Assembly: GCA_046759445.1 (NCBI GenBank)
Contig: JBHICG010000031.1
Span: 1-35,374 of the forward strand
Source of the DNA: Candidatus Scalinduaceae bacterium
GTDB taxonomy: Bacteria > Planctomycetota > Brocadiia > Brocadiales > Scalinduaceae
DNA: 35,374 bases
Reading direction: 5' to 3'
Shown here piece by piece: positions 9,051 to 18,436 of the stretch. The notes beneath the pieces are model-generated. The model saw only the letters and a list, made by a program, of their open reading frames with translations, searched no databases and had not been told where the DNA came from. The translations under genes and the position numbers were made by a program. Position 1 is the first letter of the stretch; the number at the start of each line of letters is the position of its first letter.

Positions 9051-9152
9051 GGGGGGTGATATATGACCAAAAATGCTGGAAGGTAGGTACATCAGTGGGT
9101 GATGTATTGATACTCTATGCTGCCCCAAAATTTGGGGCCAGCATAGGGTGTC
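9051..9152 (+). promoter_or_regulatory. Structured intergenic leader: SD, 7-codon ORF and two hairpins
   Basis: GGGGGGTGAT (9051-9060) precedes ATG 9063-TAG 9086 (MTKNAGR). Hairpin TACATCA/TGATGTA spans 9088-9106. A ~20-bp stem at 9109-9152 has two G-U pairs on the + strand. Confidence 0.5.
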
Positions 9153-9179
9153 TAGTTGAGAATTATGAAAAATCTAAAA

Positions 9180-9205
9180 AAGGAGAAAATATAAGGAGAA
9201 AATAT
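9180..9205 (+). repeat. Tandem 13-bp duplication containing the SD of the 77-aa gene
   Basis: AAGGAGAAAATAT occurs at 9180-9192 and 9193-9205. Confidence 0.9.
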
Positions 9206-9206
9206 T

Positions 9207-9440
9207 ATGACTTATAGGGAACTAGAAAAACAGAATTTTCTTACCTGGTGTAGATACGCTACACCCGAAGAAATTAAAAAAGCAAAAGGCACAAACAAAA
9301 AAGAATTGGAAAGATTATTGAAAGAATATGCAGATGAAATCAAGAAGGTAAGCAAATCTGAGGACTTATATGAATCTATATCACAACATGATGAAGAGGT
9401 GCAAAAAATAGATCTTTCCTTGGAAATTTCAAAGTCATAA
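9207..9440 (+). CDS. Hypothetical 77-aa charged helical protein inside the dcw cluster
   Basis: Strong SD (AAGGAG), co-directional with its neighbours, and ending 13 nt before murE. The N-terminal half (FLTWCRYATPEEI) looks like a folded core; no family was recognised. Confidence 0.75.
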   Translation: MTYRELEKQNFLTWCRYATPEEIKKAKGTNKKELERLLKEYADEIKKVSKSEDLYESISQHDEEVQKIDLSLEISKS

Positions 9441-9453
9441 ATATGGCCTTGAA

Positions 9454-10911
9454 ATGAAATTAAGTGCATTAGTTAGCCATTTAGATTCAGAAGACATACT
9501 AAACTTTAATGATGTTGAGATAACGGGTATTACTAATGATTCTAGAAAAGTAAGGCAGGGTCACCTCTTTGTTGCGATTAAGGGGTATAAAACAAATGGA
9601 CATAATTTTATAGTAAAGTCTATTGAAAATGGCGCAGTAGTTATAGTTAGTGAAAAGAAACTTTATCTTGGTTCAAGAATTCCACAAGTAATTGTACGCA
9701 ACTCAAGGAAGGCTCTTTCCAACTTAAGTAGTTGTTTTTACGGTAATCCATCTCAAAAAATTAAAGTTGTTTGTATAACAGGAACAAATGGCAAGACTAC
9801 TACAACATTTCTAACCAAATCTATAATTGAAGTAGCAGGGTATGAAACTGGCTTAATTGGTACAATTAATTATCAAATAGGCAAAAAAATTATACCCGCA
9901 CAAGAAACAACACCAGAATCAGTAGAGCTCCAAGACCTCTTCGCACAAATGGTAGCTTCAAAGATTAAGTTTGCTGTAATGGAAGCATCTTCCCACTCAC
10001 TGGTTCAACACCGGATTGAGGACATCAATTTAAAAGCCGCTGTCTTTACAAATCTAAGTGCTGAACATCTAGATTACCACGAAACTATCTCGAATTATAT
10101 GGATGCTAAAATAGGGCTTTTCAAATATTTAAAAAGAGATTCGTTTGCAATATTAAATGCAGATGATAAATTGAGTATAAATTTTGCTGATAAAACAAGA
10201 GCACAGGTTTTATGGTTTGGAATAAAAAATAATGCTGACATAAAAGCAAAAATATACAGTGAATCCATGAGAAATACTTTGATTAAGCTAACTTATTTAG
10301 GGATGGAAATAGATATTAACATACCCCTTATGGGCCTGCATAATGTGTACAATACATTAGCCTCGGCAGCCGGAGCTCTTTCACTTGGATTTGAATTAGA
10401 GACAGTAAAAGAGGGTATTGAGAATGCACCTGTTATACCAGGCAGATTGGAGAGTATACCTAATAAACTAGGATTTAGTATTTTTGTAGACTATGCTCAC
10501 ACTCCGCATGCACTTGAAACAGTATTGCATACGCTTAGGAAACTGGCAAAAGGCAGGATAATACTTGTTTTTGGTTGTGGAGGTGACAGAGACAAAAGTA
10601 AACGTCCAGAGATGGGTAAAATAGCAGATGATAATTCAGACATTTTTTGGATAACAAACGATAACCCACGTTCAGAAAATCCGATAAAGATAATAGAGGA
10701 CATCAAAACTGGGATAAGTGCTGGTAGATCATTTCACATCCAAACAAATAGATATGAAGCAATAGAAGAAGCAATTATCGAGGCAAAAAAAAATGATATT
10801 ATCTTGATTGCGGGGAAGGGTCATGAGAAATGTCAAATACTTAAAGACTCCGTCATATCTTTTGATGATAAAGAAGTAATAACAAAGATACTCTCAGACC
10901 ATTCATCTTAA
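9454..10911 (+). CDS. murE: UDP-MurNAc-tripeptide synthetase MurE (meso-DAP type)
   Basis: Motifs DSRKV, ITGTNGKTT, TTPES, EASSH, HLDYH, VDYAHTP, FGCGGDRD and GKGHE. The DNPR motif indicates meso-DAP specificity. Confidence 0.97.
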   Translation: MKLSALVSHLDSEDILNFNDVEITGITNDSRKVRQGHLFVAIKGYKTNGHNFIVKSIENGAVVIVSEKKLYLGSRIPQVIVRNSRKALSNLSSCFYGNPSQKIKVVCITGTNGKTTTTFLTKSIIEVAGYETGLIGTINYQIGKKIIPAQETTPESVELQDLFAQMVASKIKFAVMEASSHSLVQHRIEDINLKAAVFTNLSAEHLDYHETISNYMDAKIGLFKYLKRDSFAILNADDKLSINFADKTRAQVLWFGIKNNADIKAKIYSESMRNTLIKLTYLGMEIDINIPLMGLHNVYNTLASAAGALSLGFELETVKEGIENAPVIPGRLESIPNKLGFSIFVDYAHTPHALETVLHTLRKLAKGRIILVFGCGGDRDKSKRPEMGKIADDNSDIFWITNDNPRSENPIKIIEDIKTGISAGRSFHIQTNRYEAIEEAIIEAKKNDIILIAGKGHEKCQILKDSVISFDDKEVITKILSDHSS

Positions 10912-11009
10912 AACTGCAAAATTTAAATCATATTTAATTGTTTTTTGTTGTATAATCAAGATGTTACCTATAAAAAATGTTTTATCTGAATTTCTCTAAT
11001 TGTGATTTG

Positions 11010-12434
11010 ATGGATAGTATAAGTTTATCTGATATTATAAAGGCGATTGATGGAAAACTAATAAATACTGATCCTGGAATAAATATTAAAGGTGTCTCAA
11101 CTAATACAAGGTCTTTAAAACAAGGAGAAATATTCTTTGCCCTGGATGGTAAGAATTATGATGGACATAAGTTTATCAAACAAGCTATAGATAAGGGGGC
11201 AATTGGTGTCATAGTATCTAATACCAAAAAAAATGAATACTTTTCTTTTAAGGGTCTTGAGAAATGCGTCTTAATAGAAGTGGCAGACACCTTAAAAGCT
11301 TTAGGTGACCTGGCAAGTTATTATCGTCAATGTTTACGTACCAGGTTTGTGGCGATCACGGGCAGTAATGGTAAAACGACAACAAAAGACATGGTTTATC
11401 ATGTTCTTAAAAATTTCAAGAATGTGTCAAGATCAAGAAATAGTCATAATAATTTTGTTGGAGTTCCATTGACAATCTTTGAAACGGATCGAACTCATGA
11501 TTTTTGTGTTGTGGAAATGGGTACAAATGCGCCTGGAGAAATCAAGAGATTGTCTAAAATTATATCTCCAAATTTTACTATATTAACTAACATAGCTCAT
11601 GCTCATCTTGAAGGTCTTGGAAGTATTGAAGGTGTTGCAGATGAAAAGGCTGAATTTATTGAAAATATGGATAAAAATGGAACATTAATCACAAATACTG
11701 ATGACTATTGGTGTAATCAAATTAGTAGCCGTTTTAATGGAAGGATTATTAGCTTCGGCTTTAAAGAAAATGTCCAGATAAGAGCATCAAAAGTTAAACG
11801 TAACAAATCAGGTTTTGTTTTTACCGTTAACGGATCTTTTCCTATCACTTTACCTGTTTTGGGTAAGCACAATATTTATAATTCTTTGGCAACTATAGCC
11901 GTGTGCAGTGCAATCGGTATTAATATAGAGGAAATATGTAAAAAATTTTCTGATTTCAAGCTTCCATCTATGCGCATGGAAAAGCAAATTTGCGGTGATA
12001 TTGTTATTATCAATGACTCATACAATTCTAATCCATCATCAATGTTGGCAGCATTAGATGAATTCTCACAATTACCAGTTCCCGGAAGAAAGATACTTGT
12101 ATGCGGAGATATGCTGGAATTAGGAGAAGAAGCAGAAAAGCAACATAAGCAAATTGGGGAGAAGGTTGCTAAAGCTAAGATTGACGTTCTTTTGACAGTA
12201 GGCCCTTTTTCCGGGTTTGTGGCTGAAGGAGCGATTGACGGTGGTATGCCATCAGAAAATGTTCTTAGCTATAAGACCTCAGAAGAGATATGTTATTTTG
12301 TTGCTTCACTGCTAAAGAGTAAAGACACAATTCTAATAAAAGGTTCAAGAAAGATGAAGCTTGAGAGTGTCTTACACCAAATCAAAAATTGTTGCTCAGA
12401 AGAGAAAACCGTAAGATCGCATAGCAGAGTATAG
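11010..12434 (+). CDS. murF: MurF ligase (likely start ATG 11010; ORF track starts at 10977)
   Basis: Motifs ITGSNGKTTTK, NNFVGVPLT, EMGTN, NDSYNSNP, GDMLELG and KGSR. Confidence 0.96.
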   Translation: MDSISLSDIIKAIDGKLINTDPGINIKGVSTNTRSLKQGEIFFALDGKNYDGHKFIKQAIDKGAIGVIVSNTKKNEYFSFKGLEKCVLIEVADTLKALGDLASYYRQCLRTRFVAITGSNGKTTTKDMVYHVLKNFKNVSRSRNSHNNFVGVPLTIFETDRTHDFCVVEMGTNAPGEIKRLSKIISPNFTILTNIAHAHLEGLGSIEGVADEKAEFIENMDKNGTLITNTDDYWCNQISSRFNGRIISFGFKENVQIRASKVKRNKSGFVFTVNGSFPITLPVLGKHNIYNSLATIAVCSAIGINIEEICKKFSDFKLPSMRMEKQICGDIVIINDSYNSNPSSMLAALDEFSQLPVPGRKILVCGDMLELGEEAEKQHKQIGEKVAKAKIDVLLTVGPFSGFVAEGAIDGGMPSENVLSYKTSEEICYFVASLLKSKDTILIKGSRKMKLESVLHQIKNCCSEEKTVRSHSRV

Positions 12435-12501
12435 TTTTAACTAAAAAATACCGTTATCACAGCTCATCAAAGTAATGACAAGGCTGTTCTGGAGAAGATA
12501 G

Positions 12502-13596
12502 TTGTTTTATAGTTGGATTTATCCACTTCATAATCAAATACACCAACTCTCGATAATAAAATACATATCATTCAGGGCTGGTCTCGCAGCAATAACAGCT
12601 TTCTTAATAAGCGTATTCATAGGAGCAAAAATAATAAAGATACTTGAAAAATATAATGTTTCAGAAGACACTACAAAAAAAGATTCTGAAATGTTAAAAG
12701 ACCTTCATAAGGATAAAAAAGACGTCCCTACAATGGGTGGTATCATTATAATGATTGCTATTATTGTTTCCACCTTGCTTTGGTGTGACCTCTCTAACAT
12801 ATATGTGTTAATGGTGTTATTTGTAGCTGTTTGGCTTGGTATCCTGGGGTTTCTTGACGACTATATAAAACTTACCCAGAAGCATTCTTCTGGTTTATCT
12901 AGTACATCAAAACTCATTTTTCAATGTGGCCTTGGACTAATCCTGGGTTTGGTATTGTATTTTCATTTCATTGATATTAACGATGGAACAAGTCTTATGA
13001 TTCCATTCTTCAAAGGAATTAGACCTGACCTGGGGGCATTTTATGTGTTATTAGTAATGTTCTTCATAGTAGGAATGTCAAATGCAGTTAATGTCACTGA
13101 TGGTCTTGATGGCCTGGCGATTGGATGTACAATAATTGCCGGCTTGGCCTTTACCTTGATAACGTATGTAGTTGGAAGAATCGACTTTAGTAGCTACTTA
13201 AATGTGCCTTATGTTCCGGGGAGTGGTGAATTGAGCATATTTTGCTCTGCTTTAGTAGGCGCCGGATTGGGATTTATGTGGTTTAATTGTTTCCCCGCAC
13301 AAGCATTTATGGGTGATGTCGGCTCATTGCCGTTGGGTGGAATACTCGGTCTTATAGCTATAATAGTAAAACAAGAACTACTTTTATTTTTTATATGTAT
13401 TATATTCATTGTGGAAACGCTTTCTGTAGTATTACAGGTAGGGGTATACAAGATTACGAGGAAGAGAACTTTCATGTGCGCACCTTTACATCATCACTTC
13501 CAATTTAAGGGTTGGCCAGAAACAAAAATTACAATAAGATTTCTAATAATTGCTGCAATAATGGCACTTTTTAGTCTGATAACTCTGAAATTATGA
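12502..13596 (+). CDS. mraY: Phospho-N-acetylmuramoyl-pentapeptide transferase
   Basis: Motifs PTMGG, GFLDDYIK, NAVNVTDGLDGLA, FMGDVGS and APLHHHF. It has a TTG start with a GGAG SD. Confidence 0.97.
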   Translation: MFYSWIYPLHNQIHQLSIIKYISFRAGLAAITAFLISVFIGAKIIKILEKYNVSEDTTKKDSEMLKDLHKDKKDVPTMGGIIIMIAIIVSTLLWCDLSNIYVLMVLFVAVWLGILGFLDDYIKLTQKHSSGLSSTSKLIFQCGLGLILGLVLYFHFIDINDGTSLMIPFFKGIRPDLGAFYVLLVMFFIVGMSNAVNVTDGLDGLAIGCTIIAGLAFTLITYVVGRIDFSSYLNVPYVPGSGELSIFCSALVGAGLGFMWFNCFPAQAFMGDVGSLPLGGILGLIAIIVKQELLLFFICIIFIVETLSVVLQVGVYKITRKRTFMCAPLHHHFQFKGWPETKITIRFLIIAAIMALFSLITLKL

Positions 13597-14780
13597 ATAC
13601 CATAAAAAATCAATTTACAGTTACCAGAGAAATTTGCCGTTTGGAACCTGCAAATATTATAGTCTGTCTGGTTACAACCTTACTTGCAATTGGCATAATT
13701 ATGATATACAGTACAAGCTCAATAAGAGTTGTTGAAGGCCATAATACCATTAACATTCCTTTTCTTAAGCATATCCTGTGGATAATATTTGCAATCATAT
13801 GTATGTTAGTCATGATGAAACTTGATTATCATTACTTATTAAGATATAGCAACTTAATCTTCTTTGTTGCTCTTGTTGGACTAGTAATTGTGCTCATTCC
13901 AGGAGTAGGAACCGTTACTAATGGTGCTTGCAGGTGGATAAGATTTGGAGGTTGCTTTGGTTTTCAGCCGTCTGAATTTGCCAAACTTGCAATGATTATC
14001 TTTATGTCAAGTTATATAGCAAAAAATCAAGAAAAGATGTCGCATTTCAATAAAGGTTTTGTGATTCCTGTTATATTAATAGGTGCTGTATCTCTACTTA
14101 TTTTGAAAGAGCCAGATTTTGGAACTGCCGTATTCATAACATTAATTTCATTTATATTGATTATGGTGGGAGGAACCAGAATAATTTATATAATTTTTGC
14201 CGTTATGGCATCAATTCCCCACATATATGAAATCATGTATAAGATGCCAACTTATCAGAAAAACAGATTAATTGCGTTTCTTGACCCCTGGAAAGATCCT
14301 GAAGGAATAGGTTATCAAATTATACAATCATGGATTGCACTCGGTTCAGGAGGATTAACGGGTTTAGGGTTGGGTGGAAGTCATCAGAAATTGTTTTTTC
14401 TACCTGAAAGCAGTAGTGACTTTGTATTCTCAATAATAGGAGAAGAACTAGGATTCATAGGAACGGCGTTAATTATCATTATGTTTGCCTTATTAGCGTG
14501 GCAGGGAGTGAGAGTTTGCAAGTTGGCGCCAGATATGTTTGGTTTTATCCTTTCATTAGGTATAACTTTTTCTATTGCCATACAATCTGCCATAAACATT
14601 GCTGTTGCCACAGGTTCCGTACCAACAAAGGGACTTCCATTGCCATTTATCAGTACGGGAGGGTCATCACTATTGTTTTCGTTGCTTGGAATAGGAATAC
14701 TCTTAAACATTGCAAAGCAATCAAAAGATAATGCTGTTTCAGTGAAAGACGCCCTTAATAACAGGAGCTTTGTCACTTGA
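13593..14780 (+). CDS. ftsW: SEDS peptidoglycan glycosyltransferase FtsW
   Basis: Motifs RWI, FQPSEFAK, EPDFG, GYQ..QS..A.GSGG, LPE..SDF and LPFISTGGSS. It overlaps mraY by 4 nt. Confidence 0.95.
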   Translation: MNTIKNQFTVTREICRLEPANIIVCLVTTLLAIGIIMIYSTSSIRVVEGHNTINIPFLKHILWIIFAIICMLVMMKLDYHYLLRYSNLIFFVALVGLVIVLIPGVGTVTNGACRWIRFGGCFGFQPSEFAKLAMIIFMSSYIAKNQEKMSHFNKGFVIPVILIGAVSLLILKEPDFGTAVFITLISFILIMVGGTRIIYIIFAVMASIPHIYEIMYKMPTYQKNRLIAFLDPWKDPEGIGYQIIQSWIALGSGGLTGLGLGGSHQKLFFLPESSSDFVFSIIGEELGFIGTALIIIMFALLAWQGVRVCKLAPDMFGFILSLGITFSIAIQSAINIAVATGSVPTKGLPLPFISTGGSSLLFSLLGIGILLNIAKQSKDNAVSVKDALNNRSFVT

Positions 14781-15967
14781 AGATTATCTTTGCTGGTGGC
14801 GGTACTGGCGGACATTTAGTGGCCGGAATTAGTATAGCAGATGAAATATTATTACGATTCCCGGATACGGATATTGTCTTTTTAGGAACAGATAAAAAGA
14901 GGGAAGCTAGATACATAGAAAAAAGTGGTTATAAGTTCGAACAAATAAAAGCACGCAAACTAACATCAATAATTTGCTTACCCGCTTTTGTCTTAGTCTC
15001 CATAATCGGGATTATACATTCTTTAATTAGCATTATTAGAATTAAGCCTGATATAATCATCGGACTGGGTGGATATGGTTCCGTTTTACCTGTAATTGCC
15101 TCATATATTATTGGCATTCCGATTGTCTTGATAGAACAAAATGTTATTCCTGGTAGAGCTAATTTATTAATGGCAAAATGGGCGGATACAATATTCTGTC
15201 ATTGGGAAGGTACAACAAAGTGGTTTAAAAAGGTACATTCTATTCATGTTACGGGTATTCCAATACGTAGGAACATCATAAAAAAGAAGACAGACATTCC
15301 TAAAAATGTTCTTGGTTTTAATCCTCAGAAAAAGACGTTATTGGTAATGGGCGGCAGTCAGGGTGCACAGGCAATAAATCTGGTGTTGTTACAAAGTGTT
15401 CCGAAACTTAAAACCTTAATTCCGGACTTGCAAATTATTCATCTTACTGGAAAACATGGATATAAAGATGTTAAAGATACTTATGATAAGGTGGGAATAA
15501 AAGCCTTTGTATCTGAGTTTTTTGACGACATTAGCATTGCCTATGCACTGTCAGATTTGGTTATTTGTCGTGCAGGAGCGAATACTATTGCAGAAATTTC
15601 TGCTGTAGGTATTCCCACGATTTTAATACCTTATCCGTATGCAACTGATAACCATCAATACTGGAATGCTTATGAACTTGCAAAGAGGGGAGGAGCCGTA
15701 ATCATAAAGCAGGAAGAACTAAATCCTGAAAGGATTATAGAATTAGTATCAAGTTTGCTTATAAATGATGAAAAACTGAATAATATGAAAAAGATCAACA
15801 AAAACTTAAATAAACCGTTTGCAGCTACGAGTCTTATAGATATAATATGTCAGATATCTGAGGCAAAGAATACCAAAAAAGATATAATCCCTGCCCAAAG
15901 TACAGGCGAGGATGAAACAAGAAATTATACAAGAAAAAATGAACCTTACCTTTCAAAAACATTATAA
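14777..15967 (+). CDS. murG: Lipid I GlcNAc transferase MurG
   Basis: Motifs AGGGTGGH, GGYGS, EQN..PG.AN, GGSQGA, CRAGA and HQYWNA. Confidence 0.97.
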   Translation: MKIIFAGGGTGGHLVAGISIADEILLRFPDTDIVFLGTDKKREARYIEKSGYKFEQIKARKLTSIICLPAFVLVSIIGIIHSLISIIRIKPDIIIGLGGYGSVLPVIASYIIGIPIVLIEQNVIPGRANLLMAKWADTIFCHWEGTTKWFKKVHSIHVTGIPIRRNIIKKKTDIPKNVLGFNPQKKTLLVMGGSQGAQAINLVLLQSVPKLKTLIPDLQIIHLTGKHGYKDVKDTYDKVGIKAFVSEFFDDISIAYALSDLVICRAGANTIAEISAVGIPTILIPYPYATDNHQYWNAYELAKRGGAVIIKQEELNPERIIELVSSLLINDEKLNNMKKINKNLNKPFAATSLIDIICQISEAKNTKKDIIPAQSTGEDETRNYTRKNEPYLSKTL

Positions 15968-17528
15968 AGGGATCAGTCAACGACAGTATCTCAACCATGC
16001 TAATTATAGCGATATCAGAGGGAAACACGTTTACTTCATTGGCATTGGGGGTGTAGGAATGAGTGCAATTGCCAAGATATTAATAGATGAGGGTTGTTTT
16101 GTTTCTGGTTCCGATTCAGAATGTTCTCCAGTTACACGTAATCTTGAAAAACTGGGTGCCAAGATTAATGCGAGACAGGATGGGAGAGACATTAATCATC
16201 GTACAAGCTTAGTAATAACATCAGCTGCCATTCGTGAGAATAACCCTGATCTAATAAAGGCAAAGAAGTTAGGGCTGAAAATTATTAAATATTCTGAGTT
16301 TTTGGGTTCTTTAATGAAAAATAGGTGCGGCATTACGGTTAGTGGTACACATGGTAAAACTACAACAAGTGCAATGATTTCAACAATACTAAAAAATGAA
16401 GGATATGAACCTGCCTTTGTAATTGGTGGTAATGTTGAAGGAATCGGAGGTAGTTCTTGTCTTGGGAGAGGAAACTTTTTTATTGCTGAAGCATGTGAAT
16501 ATGATAGAACCTTTTTGAGACTATCACCACAGGTAGGCGTAATCACTAATATTGAGGAGGACCATCTTGATTATTATAAAGATATCGATGGAATTACAGG
16601 TGCCTTTTCAGAGTTTGTATCTTTAATACCTGAAGATGGATTACTTGTTGTAAATAATGATGATATAAATATAAAAAAGGTCATTAAAAGTGCAGAATGC
16701 AGGATTGAAAACTATTCAGTTATTATGGCAACTAATAAAGACCTGCCTGACTATGTTATTCAGGCAGGAAGGACGTTCATACCTGAGTCCTCTTCGATTA
16801 ATAAAGTATCGGAACCTCTAGCTGATGAATTACATAAAGAAATATATTTAGAATCTGATTCGAAATGGATTGCCGTTATGTATTATTTTGATAAAGGAGT
16901 GAGTTATTTTCGCGTATTTAATGAAGGTAAACATTTTGGTGATTTTTACTTGAATATGCCTGGGTTACATAATGTATCAAATGCACTTGCTGCAATTACA
17001 GTTTGCAGTTATATCGGTTTAGATAAAAAAGATATTAGAAAAGCGTTAAAGACATTTAAGGGTGTACACCGTCGTTTTCAAACCATTAATAACAAATATG
17101 GTATTACAATTATTGATGATTATGCCCACCATCCCACGGAAATCAGATTGACATTGGAAACTGCAAAGTCAATTTATCCTTCACAACGACTTTATTGTGT
17201 GTTTCAGCCACATCAGCACAACCGTACAAGGCTTCTTCTAAAGGAATTTGCGAAGGCACTTACGCTTGCTGACAAAATAATCATTACTGATATTTATGCG
17301 GCAAGAGATTCGGGTATGGAAAGAGCTTCCGTTAGTTCTTCAGACCTTGTGCAAGAATTGCAAGAAATTGGTGGAGATGTTAAATACGTAAAAAGCCTGA
17401 GTAAGATTATAAACAGCTTGTCCTCAGATGTAAAAAAAGATGATATTATTTTAACCATGGGTGCAGGTAATATCTGGAAAGTAGCTCATGGTCTAAAAAG
17501 CAACCTCGAAAGCAAATATGATCAGTAA
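15912..17528 (+). CDS. murC: UDP-MurNAc-L-alanine ligase MurC (start uncertain; contains an internal insertion)
   Basis: Motifs IGIGGVGMSA, SGSD, GTHGKTTT, EACEYD, DHLDYY, DDYAHHPTEI, FQPH and MGAG. Confidence 0.96.
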   Translation: MKQEIIQEKMNLTFQKHYKGISQRQYLNHANYSDIRGKHVYFIGIGGVGMSAIAKILIDEGCFVSGSDSECSPVTRNLEKLGAKINARQDGRDINHRTSLVITSAAIRENNPDLIKAKKLGLKIIKYSEFLGSLMKNRCGITVSGTHGKTTTSAMISTILKNEGYEPAFVIGGNVEGIGGSSCLGRGNFFIAEACEYDRTFLRLSPQVGVITNIEEDHLDYYKDIDGITGAFSEFVSLIPEDGLLVVNNDDINIKKVIKSAECRIENYSVIMATNKDLPDYVIQAGRTFIPESSSINKVSEPLADELHKEIYLESDSKWIAVMYYFDKGVSYFRVFNEGKHFGDFYLNMPGLHNVSNALAAITVCSYIGLDKKDIRKALKTFKGVHRRFQTINNKYGITIIDDYAHHPTEIRLTLETAKSIYPSQRLYCVFQPHQHNRTRLLLKEFAKALTLADKIIITDIYAARDSGMERASVSSSDLVQELQEIGGDVKYVKSLSKIINSLSSDVKKDDIILTMGAGNIWKVAHGLKSNLESKYDQ

Positions 17529-18399
17529 TATAGAAATTGTTGATGACATATTTCAGTATGATGTGTCTCTGCAAAGATATACCTCCTTCAAGACAGGGGG
17601 TGTGGCTGAGATATTTACAGAACCAAGGGATATATCCGAATTAAAGAGAGTCCTCCAATATTGTAAGAATGAGCAGAAAAAGATATTCATTTTGGGAAAT
17701 GGAAGTAACGTATTGGTCAATGACAATGGTATCCAGGGTGTGGTAATCTATTTAGGTGGAACCAATTTTAAAAACGTAAAAAGAAATGACAACTATGTGT
17801 TATCGGAGGCAGGAACAAATCTCTCACAGCTTATCCGGAAAACGTCTCTGTGGGGATTAGAAGGTTTAGAACTATTGGTAGGAATTCCGGGTACTGTAGG
17901 TGGTGCTGTAATGATGAATGCAGGAGGGAAATACGGAAGTATAAGCGAAACTATAAGTTCCGTAACCACTATGACTTTTGATGGTGAAATCAGGAACCAT
18001 AATCGTGAGGATGTTGATTTTACGTATCGTGGATGTAATCTTACTGAGCAAATAGTTATTGAAGTAAAATTTGTGCTTAAAGAATCAATAAAAGAGAAAA
18101 TCCTTGCAAGGATGAACAATATTTATAAAGAAAAAAAAGAAAAACAACCCTTATCAACATTTAATGCCGGTTGCGTATTTAAGAATACACATAGGTTTAA
18201 GGCTGCAGAACTCATAGATAAGGCTGGTCTTAAAGGAAAGAATGTAGGGGGTGCCATTGTCTCAGAAAAACATGCAAATTTTATAGTCAATGTCGGAAAC
18301 GCTACAAGCAATGATATTCTTGAACTCATAAAAATAGTCAAAGAGACTATCAAGGGAAAATATAATATCTCGTTAGAACTGGAAATAAAAATCTGGTAA
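17518..18399 (+). CDS. murB: UDP-N-acetylenolpyruvoylglucosamine reductase
   Basis: Motifs TSFKTGG, GNGSN, GIPGTVGGAVMMNAG, AGCVFKN, SEKHANF and LELE. Confidence 0.97.
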   Translation: MISNIEIVDDIFQYDVSLQRYTSFKTGGVAEIFTEPRDISELKRVLQYCKNEQKKIFILGNGSNVLVNDNGIQGVVIYLGGTNFKNVKRNDNYVLSEAGTNLSQLIRKTSLWGLEGLELLVGIPGTVGGAVMMNAGGKYGSISETISSVTTMTFDGEIRNHNREDVDFTYRGCNLTEQIVIEVKFVLKESIKEKILARMNNIYKEKKEKQPLSTFNAGCVFKNTHRFKAAELIDKAGLKGKNVGGAIVSEKHANFIVNVGNATSNDILELIKIVKETIKGKYNISLELEIKIW

Positions 18400-18436
18400 C
18401 TAATTTATATACAATATAAAAAGGATTCTTTATTCA

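Noticed and set aside
16720..16855. Intein in MurC
   Set aside because: Too short, and no C/S...HN-C/S/T splice junctions.
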